From NCBI GenBank assembly GCA_943350635.1, contig CALRAI010000002.1, positions 1 through 61,444 of the forward strand: a stretch of 61,444 nucleotides of DNA, read 5' to 3'. Origin of the DNA: Candidatus Uhrbacteria bacterium. GTDB taxonomy: Bacteria > Patescibacteriota > Patescibacteriia > UBA9934. Positions 17,526 through 27,300 of this stretch are shown here, one piece after another. Within the stretch, counting starts at the first letter, position 1. Every line of letters begins with the position of its first letter. The position numbers were made by a program, and so were the translations under genes. The notes under the pieces were generated by a model. That model was given only the letters and a program-made list of their open reading frames with translations, was not told the origin of the DNA and did not search any database.

Positions 17526-19148
17526 ATGGCAAAATCTATTGTTTTTAGCGACGATGCACGAAAGAAAATGAAGGACGGTGTGGATCAGCTGGCAAATGCG
17601 GTGCGAGTAACCATGGGGCCACGTGGCCGGACCGTGATTATTGACCGTGGTTTTGGTTCTCCGATGGTTACAAAGGACGGCGTTTCTGTAGCAAAAGAGG
17701 TGGAGCTTGCAGATAAATTGGAAAATCTTGGCGCAACACTCGTGAAAGAGGCGGCGAGCAAAACGAACGATGTTGCTGGCGACGGAACAACAACGGCAGT
17801 CGTTCTCGCACAAGCAATCGTATCGGAAGGTTTGCGAGTCGTGTCCGTTGGTGTGAATTCTCAGGCATTGCGTCGTGGTATCGAAAAAGGTGTTGAAGCG
17901 ATCGTCAAAAAGATTGCCGAAATTTCGACACCGGTGCACGGAAATGCCATTGAGCAGGTGGCGTCGATTTCTGCCAACGATCCTGAAATCGGAAAAATGA
18001 TTGCGGAAGCAATGAAAAAGGTGAATGAGAATGGCGTTATCACCGTGGAAGAAGGTCAATCATTCGGAATTGAGGTTGATGTCGTTGAAGGCATGCAATT
18101 CGATAAAGGTTACGTTTCGCCATACATGGTAACGAATTCGGAACGCATGGAGGCAACGTATTCCGATGTTCCTGTCCTTGTGACGAGCGAAAAAATCAGC
18201 AGCATTCAAACGCTCATGCCACTGCTCGAAAAGCTTTTAGCAACCGGTCGAAAAGATCTCGTCATCATCGCAGAGGATGTCGAAGGCGAGGCGATGACGG
18301 CACTCGTCTTGAACAAGCTTCGTGGTGCGTTGAACGTGCTCGCAATCAAGGCGCCAGCGTACGGGGATCGTCGTAAGGCAATGCTTGAAGATATTGCTGT
18401 CGTGACTGGTGCAAAACTTATCGCACCAGAAACGGGCATGAAGTTTGAAACGCTCGAACTTGCGGATCTTGGTCATGCACGACGGGTCATTTCCACGAAG
18501 GATACGACGACGATTGTGGAAGGTGCGGGCGACAAAGCCGCAATCGCAGATCGCGTCGTCAACATTAAAGCGCAAATTGAAGGATCGGATTCGGACTTCG
18601 ACAAAGAAAAGCTCCGCGAACGCATGGCAAAGATTTCTGGCGGCGTTGCGGTTATCAAAGTCGGCGCAGCAAGCGAGGTTGAAATGAAGGAAAAGAAGCA
18701 TCGCATCGAGGATGCCGTTGCAGCAACAAAAGCAGCAATCGAAGAAGGCATTGTTGCCGGTGGTGGTGTGGCATTGATTCGCGCACAAAGCGTGCTCGAC
18801 GGAATCGACGCAACAGCGGACGAGAAGATCGGTATCGGCATTCTCCGCCGAGCTATCGAATCACCACTGCGTCAGATTGCAGAAAACGCTGGGCATGAAG
18901 GTGGCGTTATCGTCGAGCGAGTGAAGGCGATGTCTGGCAATAATGGCTGGGACGCTGCGCTCGATAAGGACGTGGACATGGTCGCGGTCGGCATCATCGA
19001 CCCAGCAAAGGTTACACGCTCCGCACTCCAAAACGCGTCATCAGTAGCGGTCATGATCCTCACCACCGAAGCCGCAATCACCGAAATTCCAAAAGCAGAA
19101 AAAGAAAGTGCTGGGGGAGGTGGTGGAGGAATGGGAGACATGTACTAG
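17526..19148 (+). CDS. groEL: chaperonin GroEL
   Basis: Canonical GroEL sequence throughout (AGDGTTTA, VEGMQFDKGY) and a GGGGGGMGDMY tail. Confidence 0.97.
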   Translation: MAKSIVFSDDARKKMKDGVDQLANAVRVTMGPRGRTVIIDRGFGSPMVTKDGVSVAKEVELADKLENLGATLVKEAASKTNDVAGDGTTTAVVLAQAIVSEGLRVVSVGVNSQALRRGIEKGVEAIVKKIAEISTPVHGNAIEQVASISANDPEIGKMIAEAMKKVNENGVITVEEGQSFGIEVDVVEGMQFDKGYVSPYMVTNSERMEATYSDVPVLVTSEKISSIQTLMPLLEKLLATGRKDLVIIAEDVEGEAMTALVLNKLRGALNVLAIKAPAYGDRRKAMLEDIAVVTGAKLIAPETGMKFETLELADLGHARRVISTKDTTTIVEGAGDKAAIADRVVNIKAQIEGSDSDFDKEKLRERMAKISGGVAVIKVGAASEVEMKEKKHRIEDAVAATKAAIEEGIVAGGGVALIRAQSVLDGIDATADEKIGIGILRRAIESPLRQIAENAGHEGGVIVERVKAMSGNNGWDAALDKDVDMVAVGIIDPAKVTRSALQNASSVAVMILTTEAAITEIPKAEKESAGGGGGGMGDMY

Positions 19149-19174
19149 TCCAAGAAAAAATCAATACAAAGCGA

Positions 19175-19206
19175 AACGGACCGGCTCTTCGTAGAGTCGG
19201 TCCGTT
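19175..19206. terminator. GC-rich hairpin between the convergent groEL and LysM-like genes
   Basis: AACGGACCGGCTCT-TCGT-AGAGTCGGTCCGTT. A related hairpin lies at 19827-19861. Confidence 0.65.
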
Positions 19207-19252
19207 CGTTGTGCGGTCACTGTGGTGCGCAGTACCACATCTTCGCCCGGGA

Positions 19253-19756
19253 TCAGATCCCGCTGACGAACGAGGGGGCTTCGAGAGCGTCCCGGGTGAT
19301 CACGAGGACGGTGTCCCCGGGCCACACGGCGTCGAACGCGAGCTCTTCCTCACCGAACTTGTCGCGGCGGCACACACCCGCGTTTTTGCCGAGGCGATCA
19401 CACTTCGCGGTGTTCAACCGCAGCAAGTCCATGTTGTAGCCGACCATTTCCGCGCGCGAGCGCTGGTAGACGGCGCCGATGGTGCCGAGGTCATCCCCGG
19501 TCTTCACGACGACGGCGACAAGCTTGGCCTTCACGGGTACCTGGACTTCGATATTCCTCACGATCTGCTCGGCGGGGCGGGTGCCCAACCAGAGAAGAGC
19601 GATCAGGAGCAGTCCGATGACGGCGCTGAGGCCGATCACCGCGCTCTTGAGGGGGTTGGGGGTTGTGGTTTCGGAGGGGGCGGGGGGATCGGTGTGGTCC
19701 AAAATGGACTCCGTTGGCCGGGGTGTGTTGAGTGGCCGAGAAATACTATACCTCAT
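19253..19756 (-). CDS. membrane-anchored LysM-like protein (start uncertain)
   Basis: Pro/Thr-rich N-terminus, one TM segment (AVIGLSAVIGLLLIALLWLG) and a LysM-like stretch (VKTGDDLGTIGAVYQRSRAEMVGYN). The gene is G+C-rich. Confidence 0.5.
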   Translation of the reverse strand: MRYSISRPLNTPRPTESILDHTDPPAPSETTTPNPLKSAVIGLSAVIGLLLIALLWLGTRPAEQIVRNIEVQVPVKAKLVAVVVKTGDDLGTIGAVYQRSRAEMVGYNMDLLRLNTAKCDRLGKNAGVCRRDKFGEEELAFDAVWPGDTVLVITRDALEAPSFVSGI

Positions 19757-19826
19757 TTTTGGGAAAAAGTCCAGCGAATAGCCTATTTTGAGGAAAAAAT
19801 TGAAGAGAAAGTCGATCAAAACGCGC

Positions 19827-19861
19827 AACGGACCCGGCTTCCTTCGAAGGTCGGGTCCGTT
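19827..19861. terminator. GC-rich hairpin downstream of the second LysM gene
   Basis: AACGGACCCG...CGGGTCCGTT. It shares the AACGGACC...GGTCCGTTCGT frame with the hairpin at 19175-19206. Confidence 0.6.
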
Positions 19862-19905
19862 CGTACGTCGTGGCCTGTGGCCGGTTCCAATCCTGCCGAA
19901 GCGGA

Positions 19906-20586
19906 TCAGTTCTGGCGGGGCACCGTGTCCGTGAGCATGGGGCCGGAGTTCGCGACGGGGACCGTCACGATCTGACCGACGCGGAGCGTTTCGATCGCCA
20001 GGTTCCCGTGTTCGGGGAAGATCTGGCAGAAGGAGGACTTCCGCGGGGTCTTGCCGTCAGGTAGGAACCCGGCCAAGTAGCTTGCCGAGATCGGCTTGCC
20101 GTCGATCACGCGCGCCTTGCACCAGGCCGTGTTCGTGTCCACCACGTCGGTGTTCGCAGCGCGGAGCTGATCGGGGGTGAGCCCGTTCGCTTTCGCGATG
20201 CTCTCCCAGTTTTCACCGGAGATCACCTTGTGCTGGCCGATGCCCGCAACCTGAGTCGTGACCGGCGGTAGCGGCGGGTCGCTGACGCCGATCGGCACCT
20301 TCGCCTGACCGTTCCAGAGCACGAGGCCCAGGATCAAGGCCGAAGCAGTTGCGATCACGGCGACGCGGCGGTCCGTCGAGCGGTTGGCCCAGTCCCACAT
20401 CCAGCCGATGCCGGCGAGAACGCGGTTCTTGAGCTTCACGACGCCGACACCGAATGCGAGGAACGCTTCGACGAAGCTCCGCGCCGACGGATCGACGCCG
20501 AGTTCGAGCATCTGCTCGTCGGTCAGGTGGCCGGAGTTGGGGGTTGCGGTAGCGGAGGGGGACTGAGGGGGGACGTGTTCGTCCAT
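19906..20586 (-). CDS. membrane-anchored LysM-domain protein
   Basis: ATG 20586 is preceded by AGGAG. One TM segment (VAVIATASALILGLVLW) and a clear LysM motif (HKVISGENWESIAKANGLTPDQLRAAN). The gene is G+C-rich. Confidence 0.7.
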   Translation of the reverse strand: MDEHVPPQSPSATATPNSGHLTDEQMLELGVDPSARSFVEAFLAFGVGVVKLKNRVLAGIGWMWDWANRSTDRRVAVIATASALILGLVLWNGQAKVPIGVSDPPLPPVTTQVAGIGQHKVISGENWESIAKANGLTPDQLRAANTDVVDTNTAWCKARVIDGKPISASYLAGFLPDGKTPRKSSFCQIFPEHGNLAIETLRVGQIVTVPVANSGPMLTDTVPRQN

Positions 20587-20724
20587 GGTTACTCCTGAAG
20601 TTACCACCTATAATGTACCACGAAAAATCGAAAATGTACACTTTCGCTAGGGTTTGCGAAGAAAAGTTTTGAATATAGCGAGCTTGGCAAGATTTTGGTA
20701 CTATTTTGTCGAAATCCACACATC

Positions 20725-21837
20725 ATGTCGCTGCTTACCGATACGCTCAAGAATTTAGAAGAACGTCATGCGCTTGCGGTGGCGGCGCTTGGCATTGCGG
20801 CGTCCAAAGCACGGATGATCGAATTGGAAGGGGATATGAGCGATCCAGGTTTTTGGAGCGATCAGGAAAAAGCACGAACAATTGCACAAGAAATGGGGGA
20901 CTTAAAAAAAGAGGTCGAGGCGTGGGATTCCATTGGTGCGGAGATCAAGGAAACACACGACGTGGTACTCATGACGGAATCCGAAGGATCTGCCGACGAT
21001 AAAGTAGAATCCGAACGCCTCGTTACCACTCTTGAGCAGCGATTCACCGCCATGGAGTTCCAGATGTTGTTTTCTGGCGAATACGACAAGAAGAACGCGA
21101 TTCTCTCTTTGCACGCTGGTGCCGGCGGCACCGATGCCAACGACTGGGTAGCAATGCTGCTCCGCATGTTTATGCGATTCGCGGAACGAAAAGGATTCAC
21201 CGTCGACATTCTCGATGAATCGCGTGGAGAAGAGGCGGGATACAAAAGTGTCACCATCGCCGTTCGCGGCAGATACGGATACGGGTTTCTCCGATCCGAA
21301 GCTGGCGTACACCGACTTGTACGCATCTCTCCATTCGACGGTGAGAAGATGCGACACACGACATTCGCATTGGTCGAGGTACTTCCAGAATTCGACGCCA
21401 TGGATGCAGCCACCGTCGAACTCGATATGGACGACGTGCGCATCGACACATTCCTCTCGTCCGGCAAAGGCGGGCAAAGCGTGAACACCACATATAGCGC
21501 CGTTCGCGTGACGCATACGCCAACCGGTATATCGGTAAGCTGCCAGAACGAGCGATCACAGTTACAGAACAAGGAAACGGCACTCAATGTGCTCAAGGCG
21601 AAGTTATTCCAAATCATGGTCACTGCCCGCGCCGAAAAACTCTCGGACATCAAAGGTGAGCACAAAACTGCCGCGTGGGGGAATCAAATTCGGAGCTACG
21701 TGTTGCATCCGTACAAAATGGTGAAGGACCATCGCACGGACGTAGAGACGTCGGACACCGAATCCGTCCTCGACGGCGAACTACTCCCATACATCGAAGC
21801 GTATCTCCGATCGGACGCAGAAAAGCGAAATCAATAA
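20725..21837 (+). CDS. prfB: peptide chain release factor 2 (single ORF, no programmed frameshift)
   Basis: SPF motif (VRISPFD) and GGQ motif (SGKGGQSVN). The start was placed at MSLLTDTLKNLEE. Confidence 0.93.
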   Translation: MSLLTDTLKNLEERHALAVAALGIAASKARMIELEGDMSDPGFWSDQEKARTIAQEMGDLKKEVEAWDSIGAEIKETHDVVLMTESEGSADDKVESERLVTTLEQRFTAMEFQMLFSGEYDKKNAILSLHAGAGGTDANDWVAMLLRMFMRFAERKGFTVDILDESRGEEAGYKSVTIAVRGRYGYGFLRSEAGVHRLVRISPFDGEKMRHTTFALVEVLPEFDAMDAATVELDMDDVRIDTFLSSGKGGQSVNTTYSAVRVTHTPTGISVSCQNERSQLQNKETALNVLKAKLFQIMVTARAEKLSDIKGEHKTAAWGNQIRSYVLHPYKMVKDHRTDVETSDTESVLDGELLPYIEAYLRSDAEKRNQ

Positions 21838-21841
21838 ATCT

Positions 21842-22762
21842 ATGCAATCATCCCTCGTTACTGGCGGCTCTGGCTTCATCGGCTCTCATCTTGTGGACGC
21901 ACTCATTGCACGCGGGGACGCCGTGACCATCATCGATCTCGTCGAACCAACGCCGGATCGTCGTAACACAAGGGCAACGTATGTCGTCGCTGATATTCGC
22001 GATCGCCAGCTGGAATCGATTATCGCCGACATTGCGCCAAATGCCGTTTTCCATCTTGCGGCCCACATCGACGACCGCGCTTCCGTGCTCGATCCTATGA
22101 TGAACGCCGAGCACAACGAGCTCGGTTCTATCAACGTCTTTGAATCCGCAAAACGTGCCGGCGCAACATCGATCGTCTTCGCCTCAAGTTGTGCCGCATA
22201 CGGCGCACAAGAATCGGTTCCTGTTTCGGAATCGATGACTCCGCGACCGCAGACTCCATATGGTATTTCAAAACTCGCCGGCGAGCTGTACCTCGATTCC
22301 TACGCAACACGATACGGCCTGCACACCGTGTCGCTCCGATTCGCGAACGTGTACGGCCCTCGGCAATATGGGAACAAGGAGGCTGGAGCGATTGCGATTT
22401 TTACGGAAAAATTGTTACGCAACGAAGCGCCATTTTTGAACGGCGATGGATCGACCACGCGAGATTATGTTTTTGTGCTCGATGTTGTTGCGGCCCTTAT
22501 TGCCGCATCGGTGAGTGTGGATTCCGGTGTGTACAACGTGGGGACAGGCCGTGAAATACCAACGGCAGCATTGTACGAAATGATCGCGAGTGAAATTGCG
22601 ACGGATATTCGGCCTATTCCTCGTGCCGACGTCGTCGATGCCGTCAAATGCATGAGCCTCGACACGACATCTATACAAAAAGCGATGTTCTGGCAGTCGT
22701 CTGTAGAGCTGGAAGAGGGGATTCGCGAAACGATTGCGTGGTATCGGAAATTTCTTTCATGA
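21842..22762 (+). CDS. NAD-dependent epimerase/dehydratase (UDP-sugar 4-epimerase-like SDR)
   Basis: Rossmann motif TGGSGFIGSH and catalytic YxxxK (PYGISK). Confidence 0.85.
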   Translation: MQSSLVTGGSGFIGSHLVDALIARGDAVTIIDLVEPTPDRRNTRATYVVADIRDRQLESIIADIAPNAVFHLAAHIDDRASVLDPMMNAEHNELGSINVFESAKRAGATSIVFASSCAAYGAQESVPVSESMTPRPQTPYGISKLAGELYLDSYATRYGLHTVSLRFANVYGPRQYGNKEAGAIAIFTEKLLRNEAPFLNGDGSTTRDYVFVLDVVAALIAASVSVDSGVYNVGTGREIPTAALYEMIASEIATDIRPIPRADVVDAVKCMSLDTTSIQKAMFWQSSVELEEGIRETIAWYRKFLS

Positions 22763-23517
22763 AAAAATCCTTCGGCCAACACTTTCTTCACGACAAAAAC
22801 ATTATCGCAAAGATTCTTGCTTCGGTGTGCCCAGACGCCGATGAAATGATTGTCGAAGTTGGTCCAGGCGCCGGCGCGCTCACAGAGGGTTTGGCTGTAA
22901 TGAACCACTCGCTCACCCTCATCGAATCCGACCGCGATCTTCTTCCGTCCCTTCATGATCGCTTCCCTTCAGCAACCATCATCTCCGCCGACGCCGCACA
23001 AGTGGACTACGACGCCATCACCGTCGGTCGATCGTGGATTTTCGTCAGCAATCTTCCATACAACGCCGGAAACGCCATTCTCGAGAAGATATTTCGATCA
23101 AAAAATCCTCCCCGCGAGCTTATTGTCATGGTTCAGAAGGAGGTGGGGGAGCGCATGATGGCAAAATCGGGGGAGATGAGCGTACTTTCCGTGGCTACTC
23201 AGCTGTATGCCGACGTTCATCGCCTTTTCATCGTCAAACCCGGCGCATTCATCCCTCCGCCAAAAGTAGACTCGATGGTGCTGCGGATAGTGACGAAAAA
23301 CAACATCCCTAATCCCGAACCCATCATCGCTCTTGCAAAAATCGCCTTTGCGCATCGCCGCAAGCAACTCCGTCAGACTCTTGCGCAAGCAAACGTCGCC
23401 GATATTTCTGCCATTGACCGCGCTATCGAATCCCTCAGCTATCCCAAAACCGTTCGCCCGCAAGACATCAGCACGGAAGATTGGATAAGGCTTTTTGACG
23501 CGCTGACCCCTTCCTGA
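22759..23517 (+). CDS. rsmA: 16S rRNA (adenine1518/1519-N6)-dimethyltransferase
   Basis: KsgA N-terminus (KKSFGQHFLHD), SAM site (VEVGPGAGALT) and NLPYN motif. Its start forms an ATGA overlap with the upstream stop. Confidence 0.9.
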   Translation: MKKSFGQHFLHDKNIIAKILASVCPDADEMIVEVGPGAGALTEGLAVMNHSLTLIESDRDLLPSLHDRFPSATIISADAAQVDYDAITVGRSWIFVSNLPYNAGNAILEKIFRSKNPPRELIVMVQKEVGERMMAKSGEMSVLSVATQLYADVHRLFIVKPGAFIPPPKVDSMVLRIVTKNNIPNPEPIIALAKIAFAHRRKQLRQTLAQANVADISAIDRAIESLSYPKTVRPQDISTEDWIRLFDALTPS

Positions 23518-23592
23518 ACACTTCTCGTTCCTGTGCATACACGATCGGTATTCACTTCATGGCAGTGATATACTTCTCTCACAATACTGCTT

Positions 23593-24318
23593 ATGGCGGA
23601 GGGAGAAAGAATTCTGATTACCAGAAAAAAAGCCGTGCTCAACCGCGAACAAAAAACGGGGTTGGGAATGGTGGTGAGTTTTGGTTCGTTAGCATTGGTA
23701 TTTGGCGTGTTCTTTTTGTGGAAGCACATTGCGTCGCCGTTCGTTATTTCCTACGTTGGTCCAAAGTTTCTCACGGGGGACGAAAAGGCGCAGCAACAAA
23801 TGGAAGCACTCAAAAAGCAGGATACGGATACGGACATGCTCAACGACTATCTCGAGCTGTACGTATACAAAACAAGTCCATATTTGAAGGACACAGACAG
23901 CGACGGCACAGAAGATGGCGTGGAAATTGCGCAGCAACAGGATCCAAATTGCGCAGCAAATCAGCCGTGTGCGACTGCAGCGGCAGAAACGGTGAGCGCC
24001 TCCACACTCAAAGGAACGTTTGCGGAGGAAATCGCGGCAGAGATTGGTGCAATTCCAGAGCCTGGAGCAATACCAGAAAAGATCGACCTTGTGGGAACGC
24101 TCAACCAAATGACCATCGACGAAGTTCGATCGTTACTCATTCAGTCCGGTGGTGATGCCGCTACGATCAATGCGCTAACCGACGACCAGCTTCGTGCGGC
24201 ATTAAGCCAGGCGCTTTCGCAGCTTGAAGGCACGGGTGTGGTAACAGACAGCACAACGACGACGTCCACAGATGCAGAATCCGGATCGGATACTCCTGCT
24301 GAAAACCCTACGGAATAA
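23593..24318 (+). CDS. membrane-anchored protein with thrombospondin-type-3-like Ca-binding repeats
   Basis: N-terminal TM segment (GMVVSFGSLALVFGVFFLW) and DxDxDG-type repeats (KQDTDTDMLND; KDTDSDGTEDGVE). It ends 3 nt before the giant gene. Confidence 0.55.
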   Translation: MAEGERILITRKKAVLNREQKTGLGMVVSFGSLALVFGVFFLWKHIASPFVISYVGPKFLTGDEKAQQQMEALKKQDTDTDMLNDYLELYVYKTSPYLKDTDSDGTEDGVEIAQQQDPNCAANQPCATAAAETVSASTLKGTFAEEIAAEIGAIPEPGAIPEKIDLVGTLNQMTIDEVRSLLIQSGGDAATINALTDDQLRAALSQALSQLEGTGVVTDSTTTTSTDAESGSDTPAENPTE

Positions 24319-24321
24319 CGT

Positions 24322-27300
24322 ATGAAGGAACGTTTACGAAAATTTCTCGCAACAGGAATGCTGATGATAGTAATGTCAGCTTTCTCTTCTTCGTTATTGT
24401 TATATCCAAACACTGCTCGTGCAGAAATGCCCGTTATTCAAATTACGAGCTTATCTGACGTTGCAAAATGGTTAGTAGATGCATTAAAAGCGATCGGTGA
24501 AAGCGCATTGCTTGCTTCGATATCCACGGCGCTAATCAATACCACAACATACGCTGCGGATCGGTTGGCATACGATGCTGCGGTGTTTGTAGCCTCCGGG
24601 GGAAATGGCGAGGATCCATTATTCGAAAATCGTTCCGTTGGGGATTATTTCTCAGACTACGGTGCTTCTGTGGCTGGAGAAGCACTTGGAGCAATCGACG
24701 ACACGGGAATTTTGGGAAATTTCAGCTTGTGTGAGCCGAACGCATCGGGCGTAACGTTGGCATTTAAATTTGGTATCCAGGCGGCATTTACTCGGCCAGA
24801 GCCATCGTGTGACTTTAACGCCGTAAAAGAAAATTGGAATGGATTCCTGAGCGACGTAGAATCCATGGGGGAGGACCCATTTGGAAAAAACTCGCTCATC
24901 ACCACCAAACTTTCCGGAGCATTCAATCCTGGAGAAAACGATTTCTCAGTGGGTATCCAGCTGTACAGCGACGTGTTGAATAAGGCACAGACCGACGCCG
25001 CGAACAGCACATTACGAACAATGTTCGCTGGATTTTTTAAAGAAAAAACAGCTTTCATTAATGGAAAGGTGGAAACACCATCGGAGATGATCCAGAAGCG
25101 ATTAGACGATTCCATTGGGGAATCGCAAGAAATTCGAAACAAAATTCAAGTGCAGGCCCTGGCAGACCCAAAGATTCTCACACAAATTGCAAAGCACGCA
25201 GGATCCGTATTCACGAACACGTTGCTTTCAAAAGTTACAGAAAAGCTTTACGACGGATTGTTTGGTGGCATAGATCAGACAGACATTGATCCATTTAATG
25301 CTGATAGCGTGGGAACCGGTAATTCTAGCGACGCTCGAGCAGCATTCCGAGAGTTTTTGACTGCAACCCCGGTATCGATTGATAACTTTAGTCAGTTGGG
25401 AGAATTTAGCGCATGTCCTTCCAGCGGAAAGAGCTTGTATAACTGTGTATCGGACACTAATCTTGTTACTGCTATTGGACGTGCAGAGGCTGGTTCGGCA
25501 ATGACCATTGCTGAGGCGATTGAAGAAGACTTGCTGAACAGTTCCTGGCCTCTCATCCCTTCATCGGATACTGCGCGGGACCAAGATCAATTCTGTTATT
25601 CGTACGGATACTGTCATGGAAACCTCGTGAAGCTTCGAAAGGCGCGTATTATTTCTACCGGTTGGGAACTTGCAGCAGAAAGCGCAGCAAACAGTGCAGG
25701 AAGCCCGGTAACGCTCGGCGAGGTTGTGGATGCGTTTAACGATTGTAGCGATACAGGTGAACTCGATGATAATCATCCATGGTGTCATCTTATCGATCCC
25801 AATTGGATTTTGAAATATCCTGCCACGCAATGTAAGGCGCAGGTATACGGCGAGCAGCTCGTCGCATCTGTAACCGATCAACGTCAGGATGTGTGTGTAG
25901 ACATGCCAAGTTGTATTGATACCGATAGCAACGGTCAATGCACGGGTGGCTACGGATATTGTGTGCGTGAACAAAATACGTGGCAATTCCGTGGTGAAGA
26001 ATGTCCGGACTACTACGCTTCCTGTTTGACATTGGAGGATCCTGAAGGCACAGAGAAGAACTTCATCATGAACACTACAAATTCAGATAATTGTACGGCG
26101 GACAACGCAGGATGTTTGTGGTACGCCACACAAATGGAGGACGACGGCACAGATACATCAACCTTCGCATTTCCAGATTATTCCGATACCACCGTGTTTG
26201 CTGCAGCAGAAGCCGCAACGGATATATATAAAAATCGCATCTATTTCACGTCGGCTGTTGCGGAATGTGATAGCAGCGGTGCAGGCTGTCGCGAGCTTGT
26301 GTCTCGTGCCGACGGCGTTACATTGAACATGATCAGTAATCCGTCGTTTGAAAAAGATGAGGACGAAGACGGTGTGCCTGATGGATGGGTGATGGGAGCA
26401 GCAGATGAACAATTCAGTATAGATTCTACGGTAATGCTCGACGGATCCAGTGCGGTGAATCCAGGCACGGGAATTTTCTATCAACCAGGAATCGTCCTCA
26501 CACAGGGAGCAGAATACACATACTCAGTCTATGCCCGACAAGGCTCAAGCACCGGCGTTGCGACGAGTGCCTTATTAACGTTGGGGCGAAGCGATGGTGT
26601 TGCGATCGATCTAAATGGATACGCGCTTGAGGGCGACTGCAATATCTACGCAAGTGAAGAGAATATTCTCGAGATTGTTGGCACGCCAAGCAGCACCACA
26701 TATGAACGATTCTCATGTACGTTCACGGTGCCAACGCTTGAGGACTCCACGGTGGAGATTGCAGCGTTCGTGGACGTGATGGGTGGGGATTTGTGGTTTG
26801 ATCAATTGCAATTAGAACAAGAATCCGAAGCATCAGACTATCACGAAGGATACAGCGACACGGTGCTCGACTTATCCTACGTGAAAGTTGCGCCGGCATA
26901 TTTAGGATGTACTGGGGATCCAGATACAGATGCAACAAACTGTGCGGACTACGCCACCATGTGTTTGGAAACAGACGTTGGATGTTCGCTCTACACGCCA
27001 AGTAATGGTGATCCTTCGGTTGCCGGTATCACGGACAGCCTCGATGAATGTCCCGAGGAATGTGTGGGCTACGACACATTCAAGCAGGAAGCAACCAACT
27101 ACGAACCGGATGGGGAATTCCCAGTGTATTTTATTCCAGACAGCGCGGACACGTGTTCCGCTCAGGCGGTGGGTTGCGATGAATTCACCAATATTGCCAC
27201 GGAGGCATCATCCTACTTTACCAGCCTTCGTTCCTGTATTACGCCAACACAGGCCGCGTTAAACTCCACCACGTCCGATGATTCTGCAGTATTTTACACA

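Noticed and set aside
19211-19975. A 254-aa + strand ORF, and several other long ORFs, overlapping the LysM genes.
   Set aside because: These are shadow ORFs of the kind expected in G+C-rich DNA. Their products are low-complexity (R/G/A/P-rich) and have no motifs, whereas the minus-strand genes have TM segments, LysM signatures and a Shine-Dalgarno sequence.
20695-21837. I looked for the programmed +1 frameshift site (CTT TGA C) usual in prfB.
   Set aside because: RF2 is encoded in one uninterrupted frame from ATG 20725. A lack of the frameshift occurs in a sizeable minority of bacteria and is not remarkable by itself.
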